Source of the DNA: an uncultured Pseudobdellovibrionaceae bacterium
GTDB taxonomy: Bacteria > Bdellovibrionota > Bdellovibrionia > Bdellovibrionales > UBA1609
Direction of reading: 5' to 3'
NCBI GenBank assembly: GCA_963803705.1
Contig: CAWDNU010000004.1
Location: 736,001-800,000 of the forward strand
Length of the DNA stretch: 64,000 nucleotides
The position numbers were made by a program, and so were the translations under genes. The notes under the pieces are model-generated. The model was not told the DNA's origin. It worked only from the letters and a program-made list of their open reading frames with translations, and did no database searches. Positions 1 to 8,842 of the stretch are shown here, in pieces (position 1 is the stretch's first letter; each line of letters starts with the position of its first letter).

Positions 1-134
1 TATTTTGGATCTTGGATCTAAGAGCTAGTTTGGCCGTAGCGACTAATCTAATAATCAAGTCAAAATACTTGTAAGGGCTTACCTAGTTGTTTCATTCGCT
101 TTGGCGTACCGAGCTACTAGAAGCAAATATTCAT

Positions 135-157
135 GCCCTTACTATTACTTGGTAAAA
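135..157 (-). promoter_or_regulatory. Putative phage late promoter/operator, copy 1 (minus strand TTTTACCAAGTAATAGTAAGGGC)
   Basis: Exact 23-bp match to 6509-6531; lies just after the scaffold stop, facing the expected capsid gene. Confidence 0.6.
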
Positions 158-163
158 ATTGGG

Positions 164-1099
164 TTATTCACCTTTTAAAAGTGACATTTTTTTTCTCCAC
201 TCATCTTTGGAGATTTTCTTAGACTCAGTTTCACGCACCTTAGCAGTACCTTGTTCATCAGGTGTTTTAGGTTGTGATTTAGTACCTTTGACCCTGGATA
301 CATCCCACTTTCGGATCTTGTTTGCAGTCTCATCGCCTAGAATTTTGATAAGTGCGTCTGCATCTAAACCGCCGAATAGTGATTTTTGTTCATTGATATA
401 GTCTTGCCTGACCATATCCACTACATCAGAAGCTGATACATTAATTCCTCTTTGAAGGCCTTGGTGCATATAGAAGGCCATACGCTTAACTGTATGTTCG
501 CTTTTGGGTAGTCCTGAAGTTCCTAATGCATCAGTAATTTGTTTTGAATAATCCTGTGTATATTTGTCTCTAAGGGCTTGAGCTTGTTTTGTCTCTTCTT
601 CTTGCTGTTGAGCTTTCTTCTGATTTTCTTGTTCTTCTAGTATTGCTTTATATTTTCTAAGCTCTTTTTGATCATCAGTAAGACCATCTTCTTCAAGTTC
701 TTTTTCTAATTGTTCGTATAGATACTGTTCAGCAAACTGTCTTAGATCTAAACCTAAAGCTGGATTTTCCAACACTTTCTTTGGATTAGTTTTAAGTAGG
801 CTGATAAATTCTTCAGCTTGCTTCTTGCTCATAGCAGCCTCTCTGAATTTTTCATCAGCCGCTTTTCTAGTTTGGTAACCGGCAACTAATTCCGATTCAT
901 CCACTTCTATTTCTTCGCCATTAACTTTGACCTTAAACTTTCTTATTCCAGTGCCGTCATCAGGCTGCACTTTTGGCTTAGTCCCTTTATCTGGTGTAAC
1001 CTCGTTATCTTGAGACTCGTTTGACTCAACTGATTCATTAACTTCGGCTGTTTCTACTACTTCACTAGATTCTACTGGAGCACTTGCTTCTTCTGACAT
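164..1099 (-). CDS. Phage capsid scaffolding protein
   Basis: Acidic low-complexity N-terminus; KVKVNGEEIEVDESELVAGYQ motif typical of podovirus scaffolds; coiled-coil middle; located downstream of portal. Confidence 0.75.
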   Translation of the reverse strand: MSEEASAPVESSEVVETAEVNESVESNESQDNEVTPDKGTKPKVQPDDGTGIRKFKVKVNGEEIEVDESELVAGYQTRKAADEKFREAAMSKKQAEEFISLLKTNPKKVLENPALGLDLRQFAEQYLYEQLEKELEEDGLTDDQKELRKYKAILEEQENQKKAQQQEEETKQAQALRDKYTQDYSKQITDALGTSGLPKSEHTVKRMAFYMHQGLQRGINVSASDVVDMVRQDYINEQKSLFGGLDADALIKILGDETANKIRKWDVSRVKGTKSQPKTPDEQGTAKVRETESKKISKDEWRKKMSLLKGE

Positions 1100-1164
1100 A
1101 CTGTCCTTCCTTTACCGCGTCATCCTGATAGCGGTTAATGTGTCACCCAAATCGGGTAGACTGT

Positions 1165-1830
1165 TTATTTCCTTTTAATTTTATATGCGTGTTCTATTAC
1201 GGCTTTAACGTACTTATGAGGAACAGTTACGCCATACATAAATATTGGCGTTGGTCCTGCATAAAGTAGGTTTACTAATTCACCTTTAGAATTAAATACT
1301 GGTGAGCCACTATTACCACCGAACGTTAGGGTGCTAATGTAGTTACTTCTTTTAGTTATTGTGTGAAAACCGTAGTTTACTTCGACTGGTATATTAAGAC
1401 TTATTAAGTACCCGTCCCTTGGAGTTAAAACATCTCCGCGTGGGTAGCCAAGTAAGGTTACTCTATCAAACATCTTAAATTCTTTTTTAGCTAACCTAAT
1501 TGGGGTTTTCTTATCTCGGCTAGTTAGTACGCAAACATCATGATACTTAGATGAAACTATTATTCTTTCTAAAGAGTCACCTACCCGAACAATGCCCTTT
1601 TCAAATCCCGCAGGGACATTGCAACAGTGTCTATTTGTTACATTGAAATACTCTTTTTTATATTTGATAGAAACTGAAGAACAGAATCTCTGACCATATG
1701 AGTTTTTCAAAGGCTTGGTATGCTTCACAACTTGCTTTAGCTTTTTGATACTTTTTATCTGCATTACCTGTACTGGTTGAAGAGCGTAAGAGCTAAAGAC
1801 TAGAAACAAAAGAAATAGTTTTGCTATCAT
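1165..1830 (-). CDS. Trypsin-like (S1) serine protease with signal peptide
   Basis: VTNRHC (His), HDVCVL (Asp), GGNSGSPV (Ser); hydrophobic N-terminus ending SYA; ATGA overlap with portal stop. Confidence 0.85.
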   Translation of the reverse strand: MIAKLFLLFLVFSSYALQPVQVMQIKSIKKLKQVVKHTKPLKNSYGQRFCSSVSIKYKKEYFNVTNRHCCNVPAGFEKGIVRVGDSLERIIVSSKYHDVCVLTSRDKKTPIRLAKKEFKMFDRVTLLGYPRGDVLTPRDGYLISLNIPVEVNYGFHTITKRSNYISTLTFGGNSGSPVFNSKGELVNLLYAGPTPIFMYGVTVPHKYVKAVIEHAYKIKRK

Positions 1831-3824
1831 GTTGGCTCTCCTTCATTCCTTCCCGTTGAGCCTGATGCTAGAGTTACTGTTTCGCCTGTTAAAGGATTAG
1901 TTGGTGCCAAAGGCTGATTTACATTTTCAGCTTGTTGCAATACTTCTGGTGTTGAATTTTCTAGTTGAGCTGTGTTTCCCATAGCTTGTTGATTAGGTTG
2001 TGGTGGTACTGCCTGTTGCCCTAAAAGACCTAGCATTGTGGCATTAGCTGGGTCGCTTAACATGTTTAAATGCTCTTGCAAGTGAGCTGTAACTACAGCA
2101 ATCAAATTAGGATCACGCCTAGCTTCAGGGTTAGCCAATATAGCTCTATGCTCTTGAATGTGAGTCATATGGTTGTCGGTTATAATTACTGGAACCTGTT
2201 TACCATCTGCTAGCTCTTCATTTTCTGACTTAATATTAATAAGCTCTGCTTGAGTACCTTCAATCATTGGCTCTAGCTTTCCGGTAGTTAAGACCATGAT
2301 GTATTCATCTGGTGTTTTAACCATTCCATTTTGAAGTAAATTCTCTGCTAGCTGTAAACGTCCACTAGTTGTCTTAGATAAAGCGTTGCCCATGTCTACG
2401 ATTATTCTTTGGACGCTGTCTAGATCGTCACCTTTAAACTCTTTCATCATAGATCTGTTAGAGCGGCCTGCGATCATCGCCACACGCGGCACAGTTGCAA
2501 AATCACGTAGAATATTTATTGTTGCAGTTCCTAAGTCTTCTAATAACTGAGCATAAGATTGTTGAAGTGAAATACTAAACTGAATAGCCATAGACTGAAC
2601 CAATGCTAATGCGCTTCCTGACTTTAAGCTCGCCTCTGGGTTACCTCTAGCTACACTGTTAACACCAGATAGCGTTTCACTTAGCTGTTCTAGTTGAGTA
2701 ATAAAATTAAATATTTCTGGAGGTGTGCTAGTTAGGTTTAAGGGCTGTGGGGGGCCTGACTGTTTATCATATTCAATCAGGTTAAGACCGCCTGACAATT
2801 CAGTTACACCAATATTCGACCCTCTAGGACTTACTATATTCTGTACACCAAAGGTGACTTGGTTAGTTAAAACTGTTGAGTAAAGAGAATTGATCGCTTC
2901 CTGAACAGGTATTAGGTCAAACCCGACAGTATATCCAAAAATAGATCCGACTTGATCTTCTGGCATGATTCTATAAACAGGTATTTCTCTATATGGAAGT
3001 GGGCCGTCTATTAAAACTATGTCTGAGTCACAAACTATAGTCAGCCTACCTTCTGGTAAAGCATCTGTTGGCTTATGATATAAAGTGAAAACTTCTACAT
3101 CATCAGAATCACCTAAGAACTTATCACCTTGTCTGAGGGAATATTGGTTTTCTGATCTAGTGCTTAGATTTTCAATTCTATCTGCAAGCTCTGGGTATTT
3201 AGCAGCTAGTGTGTATCTATTTTCGTAAGTCCTGACTATATTCCAGTCATGCTTATTAGAATTATTCTTAGTGTAATCTCTAGCAACATCTAGCGGTATA
3301 TGATTTTCATATTCTAGGTCACCTTCTTTAATAGGCGCTTGTGTCTCTGGATTAATTCCATAAGTCTCGCCTGAGGTTGCATTCCAAGCAGCAGATACAA
3401 ATCCTTCTCCAAACATAAGGGCGTGTTCAACACCTTGCTTGATATATCTTTCTAATTTCTTTTCACGCATGTAATAATCTAGAAGACCTGAAGCTAATAT
3501 AGTTTGCTGCTGAGATTTAGCATCACTGTTCACTGCTCTTGCTTCAAAAGCTGGTCGCTGCTGAGTGGTCATTGTCTTTAGATGCGTCAGCAAATTCTTA
3601 TAATGGTTTACGGCTATATTTGTAAATTCACCTTGCTCACCAGACTTAGTTAACTGTGATCCATGTAGAGCTGGGTTATAATAATACTCATAAGATCTTC
3701 TCCATAGATTTAATCTACCAGAAGTAAAAATATGCATTTCATACTCTTCAAATTTCTTTAATATCTCGTCGCCAATTTCTTTTGAATCTTTTGCGGCCCA
3801 ATATTGTCTACTTTTTTCACTCAT
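1827..3824 (-). CDS. Phage portal protein (P22-like/podovirus type)
   Basis: 665 aa directly downstream of TerL; ETLSGVNSVARG and SGSALAL segments and Q/P-rich tail resemble podovirus portals. Confidence 0.8.
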   Translation of the reverse strand: MSEKSRQYWAAKDSKEIGDEILKKFEEYEMHIFTSGRLNLWRRSYEYYYNPALHGSQLTKSGEQGEFTNIAVNHYKNLLTHLKTMTTQQRPAFEARAVNSDAKSQQQTILASGLLDYYMREKKLERYIKQGVEHALMFGEGFVSAAWNATSGETYGINPETQAPIKEGDLEYENHIPLDVARDYTKNNSNKHDWNIVRTYENRYTLAAKYPELADRIENLSTRSENQYSLRQGDKFLGDSDDVEVFTLYHKPTDALPEGRLTIVCDSDIVLIDGPLPYREIPVYRIMPEDQVGSIFGYTVGFDLIPVQEAINSLYSTVLTNQVTFGVQNIVSPRGSNIGVTELSGGLNLIEYDKQSGPPQPLNLTSTPPEIFNFITQLEQLSETLSGVNSVARGNPEASLKSGSALALVQSMAIQFSISLQQSYAQLLEDLGTATINILRDFATVPRVAMIAGRSNRSMMKEFKGDDLDSVQRIIVDMGNALSKTTSGRLQLAENLLQNGMVKTPDEYIMVLTTGKLEPMIEGTQAELINIKSENEELADGKQVPVIITDNHMTHIQEHRAILANPEARRDPNLIAVVTAHLQEHLNMLSDPANATMLGLLGQQAVPPQPNQQAMGNTAQLENSTPEVLQQAENVNQPLAPTNPLTGETVTLASGSTGRNEGEPT

Positions 3825-3850
3825 AAGTTATTCCTTCAACTTGATTAAGT

Positions 3851-5287
3851 TTATTTCTTCCTTCTAAATAGGTTTTTAAACGCTTCCTGCGTTCGTGTTT
3901 GGTTCATACCTTCCGGTATAAAATGCGTGTACTGAGACATGTTGTGTGTATTTGGAACTGGGTTTGTATTTCTAGATAGGTTACGAACTAAATAGACTAA
4001 GGCTGCTAGATGATCAAAATGCTTATATACTTTTGCTCTTCCAAACTTATCTCTTTTTTGTGTCCATATTCCGTACTTCAAGCAACCAATTAGCATTGTG
4101 CATCTTGGATGAACTTTTATTTGGCCTTTTTGGGCCATCATTCTTACGGCGTTTACCATTGCATCTAGCGAGTCTTTACCAGTTGGCAAAAAGTGCATGC
4201 CATGTGCTGAGTGCAAATCATTTAGCAGCATTAAGTTGTTATTATCTGAAACTCTTCTATAAGGTTTAAGGTCACCAAAGATTAATTTCTCTTTTTCCTT
4301 TAACTCTTTAGTTAAATTTTCAGTAGTTACTTTTTCACCAGCTATGGTTGTTTCATCTTCAATATATAGTGTTGCATCGCTAAAGTTGTAATGGGCATAA
4401 AGAACGGCTGTAAAATCTCTTACACCCAGGTCCATGCCTACGTATCTATGCCAAAATGGCGTTAGGCTATCTACTTTATGTTCAGTTATATAATCATCAG
4501 ACCATTCAGGAATAATTTGTGAATCTTCGTCAACTACAAATTCAGCCATGTACTCACGCTTCCAAGTTGTAGAAGAAAAACCACCAGACTCTTTAGCAAA
4601 TAAATTTATCTCTTCATTAGAAATAGATTCGTTGTCATAGATTGTATATTTCTTATAGTGACCTTCAGCTTCACATTCTTGTGCTATAGAAGAAAAGTCG
4701 TGTGCAGGTGTTTTAGGAGGCGTTGAAGCTAATAGTGTAGTTCCACCTGTGGTTAGTGTCTGAGGTATTAAAATACTTTGAACAACGTATTCTAGTTCAT
4801 CACAAAAGCCTGCTTCATCAATTAGATTTAAATGACTAGCAGTACCCCTTAGTGATTCTGAATTATTATTATCAGTACCTGCTAAATGTATTTCAGAGCC
4901 ATTAGGAAACACCCAAACGCCGTCTTGTGTTTTGTACAATGGTTTAAGGTCTTGGGGACATGATGCTAGTAGCATCTTAATTATGGGGTTAGTTATTTTC
5001 CTAAGAGCTTTAGCAGTTGGAGCTGCGAATCTGATTTGCGATCCTGGGTATTTAATCGAGTACATTATTGCTATAAGACAAAGAAGCGTGCTTTTGCCCC
5101 AACGCCTAGAACAGTTAAGGACAAACTTAAGACATTCTTTGTTTTCAATCGCAGACCATAGGTCATCAAATAGTTGAACTTGATAGTCTCTAAGTAAATG
5201 CTGTAAAAGCCCTCTTTCCCAAGCGACTCTTAATAACTCTGGTTCTGTAAAAATGGACTGATCATCCGTTAGAGGCATATCACTCAT
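3851..5287 (-). CDS. terL: Terminase large subunit
   Basis: Walker A SRRWGKS, Walker B LIDEAG, coupling motif ASTP, nuclease motif VGMDLG and C-terminal HFDHLAA. Confidence 0.92.
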   Translation of the reverse strand: MSDMPLTDDQSIFTEPELLRVAWERGLLQHLLRDYQVQLFDDLWSAIENKECLKFVLNCSRRWGKSTLLCLIAIMYSIKYPGSQIRFAAPTAKALRKITNPIIKMLLASCPQDLKPLYKTQDGVWVFPNGSEIHLAGTDNNNSESLRGTASHLNLIDEAGFCDELEYVVQSILIPQTLTTGGTTLLASTPPKTPAHDFSSIAQECEAEGHYKKYTIYDNESISNEEINLFAKESGGFSSTTWKREYMAEFVVDEDSQIIPEWSDDYITEHKVDSLTPFWHRYVGMDLGVRDFTAVLYAHYNFSDATLYIEDETTIAGEKVTTENLTKELKEKEKLIFGDLKPYRRVSDNNNLMLLNDLHSAHGMHFLPTGKDSLDAMVNAVRMMAQKGQIKVHPRCTMLIGCLKYGIWTQKRDKFGRAKVYKHFDHLAALVYLVRNLSRNTNPVPNTHNMSQYTHFIPEGMNQTRTQEAFKNLFRRKK

Positions 5288-5505
5288 TTTTTAACTAGCT
5301 TCAACTTTTCTAGAACTTCTGAATCACTTAGCTTATTAGTTTTAGCCGTACCTGAAATGCTAGTTGCTTCACCTAGGAGTAGCTGCCGAGTTTTTACTAA
5401 AGCCTCAAGTTTTTTAACTTCTTCGTACTGTAAAGACCTTTCTTCTGATATTGCTTCTAATCTGGTAATTTCATTTTCAATGATATTCAAAGATGGGTTA
5501 TTCAT
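5284..5505 (-). CDS. Small phage protein, candidate terminase small subunit
   Basis: 73 aa, overlaps the terL start, helical, C-terminal LSDSEVLEKL; function assigned by position only. Confidence 0.4.
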   Translation of the reverse strand: MNNPSLNIIENEITRLEAISEERSLQYEEVKKLEALVKTRQLLLGEATSISGTAKTNKLSDSEVLEKLKLVKK

Positions 5506-5873
5506 CGTCTAGCTCCAAAAGATTTAGTTTCAAGGCCCATTTTTAGTGATGCTTTTGAAGCTTCTTCTCTTGCAGAAGTAGCATTTGAATCTACCTGGTC
5601 TATCCTGGCATTAATTTCTTCTAAGCTAGCTTTAATATTGTTATCCCTACTCTTTTGCTCTGTGTATTTGGAGTAGCAATAGATAAGGCCCATAACTGAG
5701 AAGCAAATGGGCGTAATTATCTCACTCGGATTGATTAGCGCTGAGAATATGAAAAGAAACATCCCAACATTGGGGATTGTCCAAGATTTAAATGATGGAA
5801 ACTTTATTGGCCTGAAGAAGAACCTGTATAAAGTTGAAAAGAAGCGTCTACTGACATTTTTAATTTTATCCAT
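5502..5873 (-). CDS. Phage membrane protein (two hydrophobic segments plus coiled coil)
   Basis: Hydrophobic stretches around aa 33-68 followed by a heptad-like segment; overlaps the downstream gene and abuts the upstream one. Confidence 0.55.
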   Translation of the reverse strand: MDKIKNVSRRFFSTLYRFFFRPIKFPSFKSWTIPNVGMFLFIFSALINPSEIITPICFSVMGLIYCYSKYTEQKSRDNNIKASLEEINARIDQVDSNATSAREEASKASLKMGLETKSFGARR

Positions 5874-6122
5874 TTAGTCCTTCATAAAAAGATTATAAAA
5901 AGCTATCTTTGCTTCATCGATTACAATTGGTTTAATGTTTGGTGTGCCCTGCTCTACATTTATTATTTTGTCGTCTTGAGTAGATATAATTGAACACATC
6001 CAACTACCTTTGTTTTCACCTGATGAAATTTTATGAACAGTGATAGACTTAACTAGAGGAAATATTCTTGCTACTTCCTTTACCGGCTTTTTCTTAACAA
6101 CTTTTTTCTTAGCAACGGCCAT
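5874..6122 (-). CDS. Phage hypothetical protein with Lys-rich N-terminus
   Basis: 82-aa ORF abutting neighbours on both sides. Confidence 0.6.
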   Translation of the reverse strand: MAVAKKKVVKKKPVKEVARIFPLVKSITVHKISSGENKGSWMCSIISTQDDKIINVEQGTPNIKPIVIDEAKIAFYNLFMKD

Positions 6123-6362
6123 TTACTTAGCCTGCTCTTGAGCTAGTTGTGGAATAAGAGCTGCGTCTGGATGATTTTGTGTTTCGTCTAAAAGATTCTT
6201 ATGTAAAGACTCTATGAATACTATTGCTTCACCGATGCGCTTATTTGTATGTCCCTGGTATTGACCCTGCATTAACAGGTCGTGAATATTAATCAGTTGT
6301 TTAAGTGAATTAACTTTATCTTCTAAATCCTTCGGTACTCTCTTCTTTTTATCTTTAGCCAT
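6123..6362 (-). CDS. Phage hypothetical protein (first gene of the leftward operon)
   Basis: Start reassigned to ATG at 6362 (MAKDKKK) because GGAGA precedes it; the ORF track start at 6440 lacks such an RBS. Confidence 0.55.
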   Translation of the reverse strand: MAKDKKKRVPKDLEDKVNSLKQLINIHDLLMQGQYQGHTNKRIGEAIVFIESLHKNLLDETQNHPDAALIPQLAQEQAK

Positions 6363-6440
6363 GTATTTCTCCATTTTTATAGGGCCATTATGGTGCCTAT
6401 GTTTGCTTTCATCTTTTTCAGGTAGAAAGCGATTCTCCAC

Positions 6441-6490
6441 TAAAATAAGAGCCTCTCACTAGCCACAGCGGAGTAATGCGACTAGCGAGA
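6441..6490 (-). terminator. 14-bp RNA hairpin with U-rich tail (attenuator or processing site)
   Basis: TCTCGCTAGTCGCA pairs fully with TGTGGCTAGTGAGA on the minus strand using 3 G-U pairs; followed by GGCTCTTATTTT. Confidence 0.5.
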
Positions 6491-6508
6491 AACTGAACGC
6501 TTTTGCAG

Positions 6509-6531
6509 GCCCTTACTATTACTTGGTAAAA
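6509..6531 (-). promoter_or_regulatory. Putative phage late promoter/operator, copy 2
   Basis: Exact 23-bp match to 135-157; upstream of the packaging operon. Confidence 0.6.
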
Positions 6532-6618
6532 TTCATATATTTTTAGTAAATTTATTTGTGCAGAACCTTGGGCGACTAAAGGAATTTTTTAGGTTCAATT
6601 AAGTGCGCCGCAAATGGT

Positions 6619-6640
6619 CCCTTAATACTTCTTGGTAAAA
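6619..6640 (-). promoter_or_regulatory. Putative phage late promoter/operator, copy 3
   Basis: CCCTTAATACTTCTTGGTAAAA matches copies 1 and 2 at 19 of 22 positions, same orientation. Confidence 0.5.
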
Positions 6641-6650
6641 TATTGAAAAA

Positions 6651-6665
6651 TACCAAGTAAAGGTA
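6651..6665 (+). promoter_or_regulatory. Partial inverted copy of the phage motif directly before the RusA-like gene
   Basis: TACCAAGTAAnnGTA on the plus strand; its last A is the A of the ATG at 6665. Confidence 0.4.
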
Positions 6666-7171
6666 TGAGGCACTTACGCTTAAAAATTAAAGGGATAAAA
6701 CCAATTAGCGTTAATGATGCTTATTATAAGTCGCGCATGATCTATAATAGAAAAGCAAGGGCATACATCACTGAGTTTCTTACTCAGCTACAGAAGTACA
6801 AGAAAGATATGCAGAAATTTACTAAAGCTTTCGATCCAATGACTGAGTGTTTGAAAGTTACTATGTCAGTATTTCTGCCAGAAAGTGAGATGTACACTAA
6901 GGCTGGCTATGTATCCCACCGATCTTCTGATGTAGATAATATGAATAAGGTAACTATTGATTGTCTATTTAACCAGAAGCAAATTCAGAAGGTGGTTAAG
7001 GAATTTCAAATTAGTAATATTTGTATTGATGATAAGTTTGTTTACAATTTGCAAACTGCAAAGTACGGCTATGATCAGCCTAATTATTTGATAGTTATAA
7101 CTATTAAAATTGAAAGTAACCAATCGGCCCACAATAGGGGCCAAAAGATTTTAAAAGGTTTAATTCAATAA
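6665..7171 (+). CDS. rusA: RusA-family Holliday junction resolvase
   Basis: PISVN..Y N-terminal motif, SDVDNMNKVTIDCL (D-x-D-N-x-x-K-x-x-x-D) and IDDKFV. Confidence 0.8.
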   Translation: MRHLRLKIKGIKPISVNDAYYKSRMIYNRKARAYITEFLTQLQKYKKDMQKFTKAFDPMTECLKVTMSVFLPESEMYTKAGYVSHRSSDVDNMNKVTIDCLFNQKQIQKVVKEFQISNICIDDKFVYNLQTAKYGYDQPNYLIVITIKIESNQSAHNRGQKILKGLIQ

Positions 7172-7564
7172 ATCAGATACAGAATTTCTAGCATCTATAT
7201 AAGATTTAAAATTTTCGTAATTCCCAAAAGAGCATTTTCTTTCATGAAATATCATTTCCGCGCTATTTAATGAATTTCTATAACTATCTAACTGGTCAGC
7301 AATTATTCTGACATTTTTAGATATAACAGCTCTTTCATTATCTAAGTCATTAGTGGTTCCAGTTTTACCACTAGCAACTTCAGCAACTTTGCCCGCAAGC
7401 TCAGTTAGTGTCAGTAAAGCCTGAACATTCGATGTGGATTTAACTAACTGTATACCTTCTATAGACGCTTGCGCCATTTTCATTGAAAGCTCACAAACAT
7501 CACCTTTAGCAAACGCGCTACTTGTAAAAACAGTTAACAAACTAGCTAATACATACTTACTCAT
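7160..7564 (-). CDS. Exported prophage protein (moron-like)
   Basis: Signal peptide ending AFA; strong RBS AAGGAG; own intergenic upstream region. Confidence 0.65.
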   Translation of the reverse strand: MSKYVLASLLTVFTSSAFAKGDVCELSMKMAQASIEGIQLVKSTSNVQALLTLTELAGKVAEVASGKTGTTNDLDNERAVISKNVRIIADQLDSYRNSLNSAEMIFHERKCSFGNYENFKSYIDARNSVSDLLN

Positions 7565-7666
7565 TATAAATCTCCTTGATTGTGTTCATAATTACCTATC
7601 AATATTCATACCAGTCAAAAGTAGATCTATTGAGTTTCAATTGGGTTTAAAAGACAAAAATTGTCA

Positions 7667-8842
7667 TTATTTCACACTTGGCACCCAAACTGATTCATCA
7701 AAGTCTCTACTATCCTTTAAATATTTACTAGTTATAGATAAATCTGAATGTCCAACGGCTAATCTCACATCATTTATGCCATATTCTTTATTATTCACAG
7801 CGTTTGTAATGAATGTATGTCTAAGGTCATGAAGTGTAATGGTAAAACCCTCAGCCTCATTGAATGCGGTGAATAGTTTCGAATATTTGTGTGGGTCTAA
7901 GGGAACTATACTGTTGATAAGCCCATAAGCCTCTTGTGGTGAGCTGTACCAATAGGGCACCTTACGGCCTGTCCTATTCTTAGTTCGATCGTATATAGGC
8001 CCCTCTGTGTTCGTATAGCGCCTTAACTGTCTTTCTACCCTTAGGTAGTCTTTTCTAACCGCACTTTTTGAACCATAAAGACCTAGTGACTCACTGCGCC
8101 TCAAACCAAACTGATAACAAAGAATGAACACTGGCCTTAGCTCATTCGGCATTCTAGATAGCATCTTCTTGTACAATGACTCTGGCACAAACTGTCTAAA
8201 TTTCTTTTTCTCGTTTTCAACCCAATCGGAACTGTACTTTCTAAACATCGCCCTAGTTATTGGTTCAAATTTAATAACCTTAAAGGCGCTAGCATCTTTA
8301 CGGTTTAAATACTTCATGAATCTATTAGATATATGAATAATATTTCTAAGCGATCTTGGACTAAGTTTCGTTGATAGAAGGTAATTAGACCAATCAAGCT
8401 CAAAATCATCCTTCCATTTTTTAGGATCTGGTGATTTTTCTAGAAAGAAGTTTAAGAAGTACTTTCTCAAATGCGAATAGTTATGCTTCACGACCGCTGG
8501 TGTGGGTATTTCGTTTTCAAGCTGATTATAAAAACCTTTCAGGTATTCGTCTGGCAAATATGTTGAGTGTGATATAAATGCGTTTCTTAGGTCTGTATCC
8601 TTATCATAATTAAGGGTAGACACTAAATTTTCCAGCTGTTTAAAATTTAAGCTTTTATACATTAAAATTGGTAGTCGCTGGAATGATACTTTTTGAGCAG
8701 TTCGAATTGTTCTTTTAATCCTAGGCCCTTCCTTTTCATTACATATGATCCAACGCCCGACATTGTCAGTGTCTAACCATTTGCTATCTAAGGCTCTTAT
8801 TTGCTCAATGGCTGAGCTAAAACTGTGTGATTTAGGATCCAT
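7667..8842 (-). CDS. int: Phage integrase (tyrosine recombinase)
   Basis: GLRRSE (R), HDLRH (HxxR), VGH, KYL (Y); adjacent to the tRNA junction. Confidence 0.92.
   Translation of the reverse strand: MDPKSHSFSSAIEQIRALDSKWLDTDNVGRWIICNEKEGPRIKRTIRTAQKVSFQRLPILMYKSLNFKQLENLVSTLNYDKDTDLRNAFISHSTYLPDEYLKGFYNQLENEIPTPAVVKHNYSHLRKYFLNFFLEKSPDPKKWKDDFELDWSNYLLSTKLSPRSLRNIIHISNRFMKYLNRKDASAFKVIKFEPITRAMFRKYSSDWVENEKKKFRQFVPESLYKKMLSRMPNELRPVFILCYQFGLRRSESLGLYGSKSAVRKDYLRVERQLRRYTNTEGPIYDRTKNRTGRKVPYWYSSPQEAYGLINSIVPLDPHKYSKLFTAFNEAEGFTITLHDLRHTFITNAVNNKEYGINDVRLAVGHSDLSITSKYLKDSRDFDESVWVPSVK

Noticed and set aside
80..122. Hammerhead ribozyme in the phage leader
   Set aside because: A GAAA is present next to a short stem but the CUGANGA core is absent
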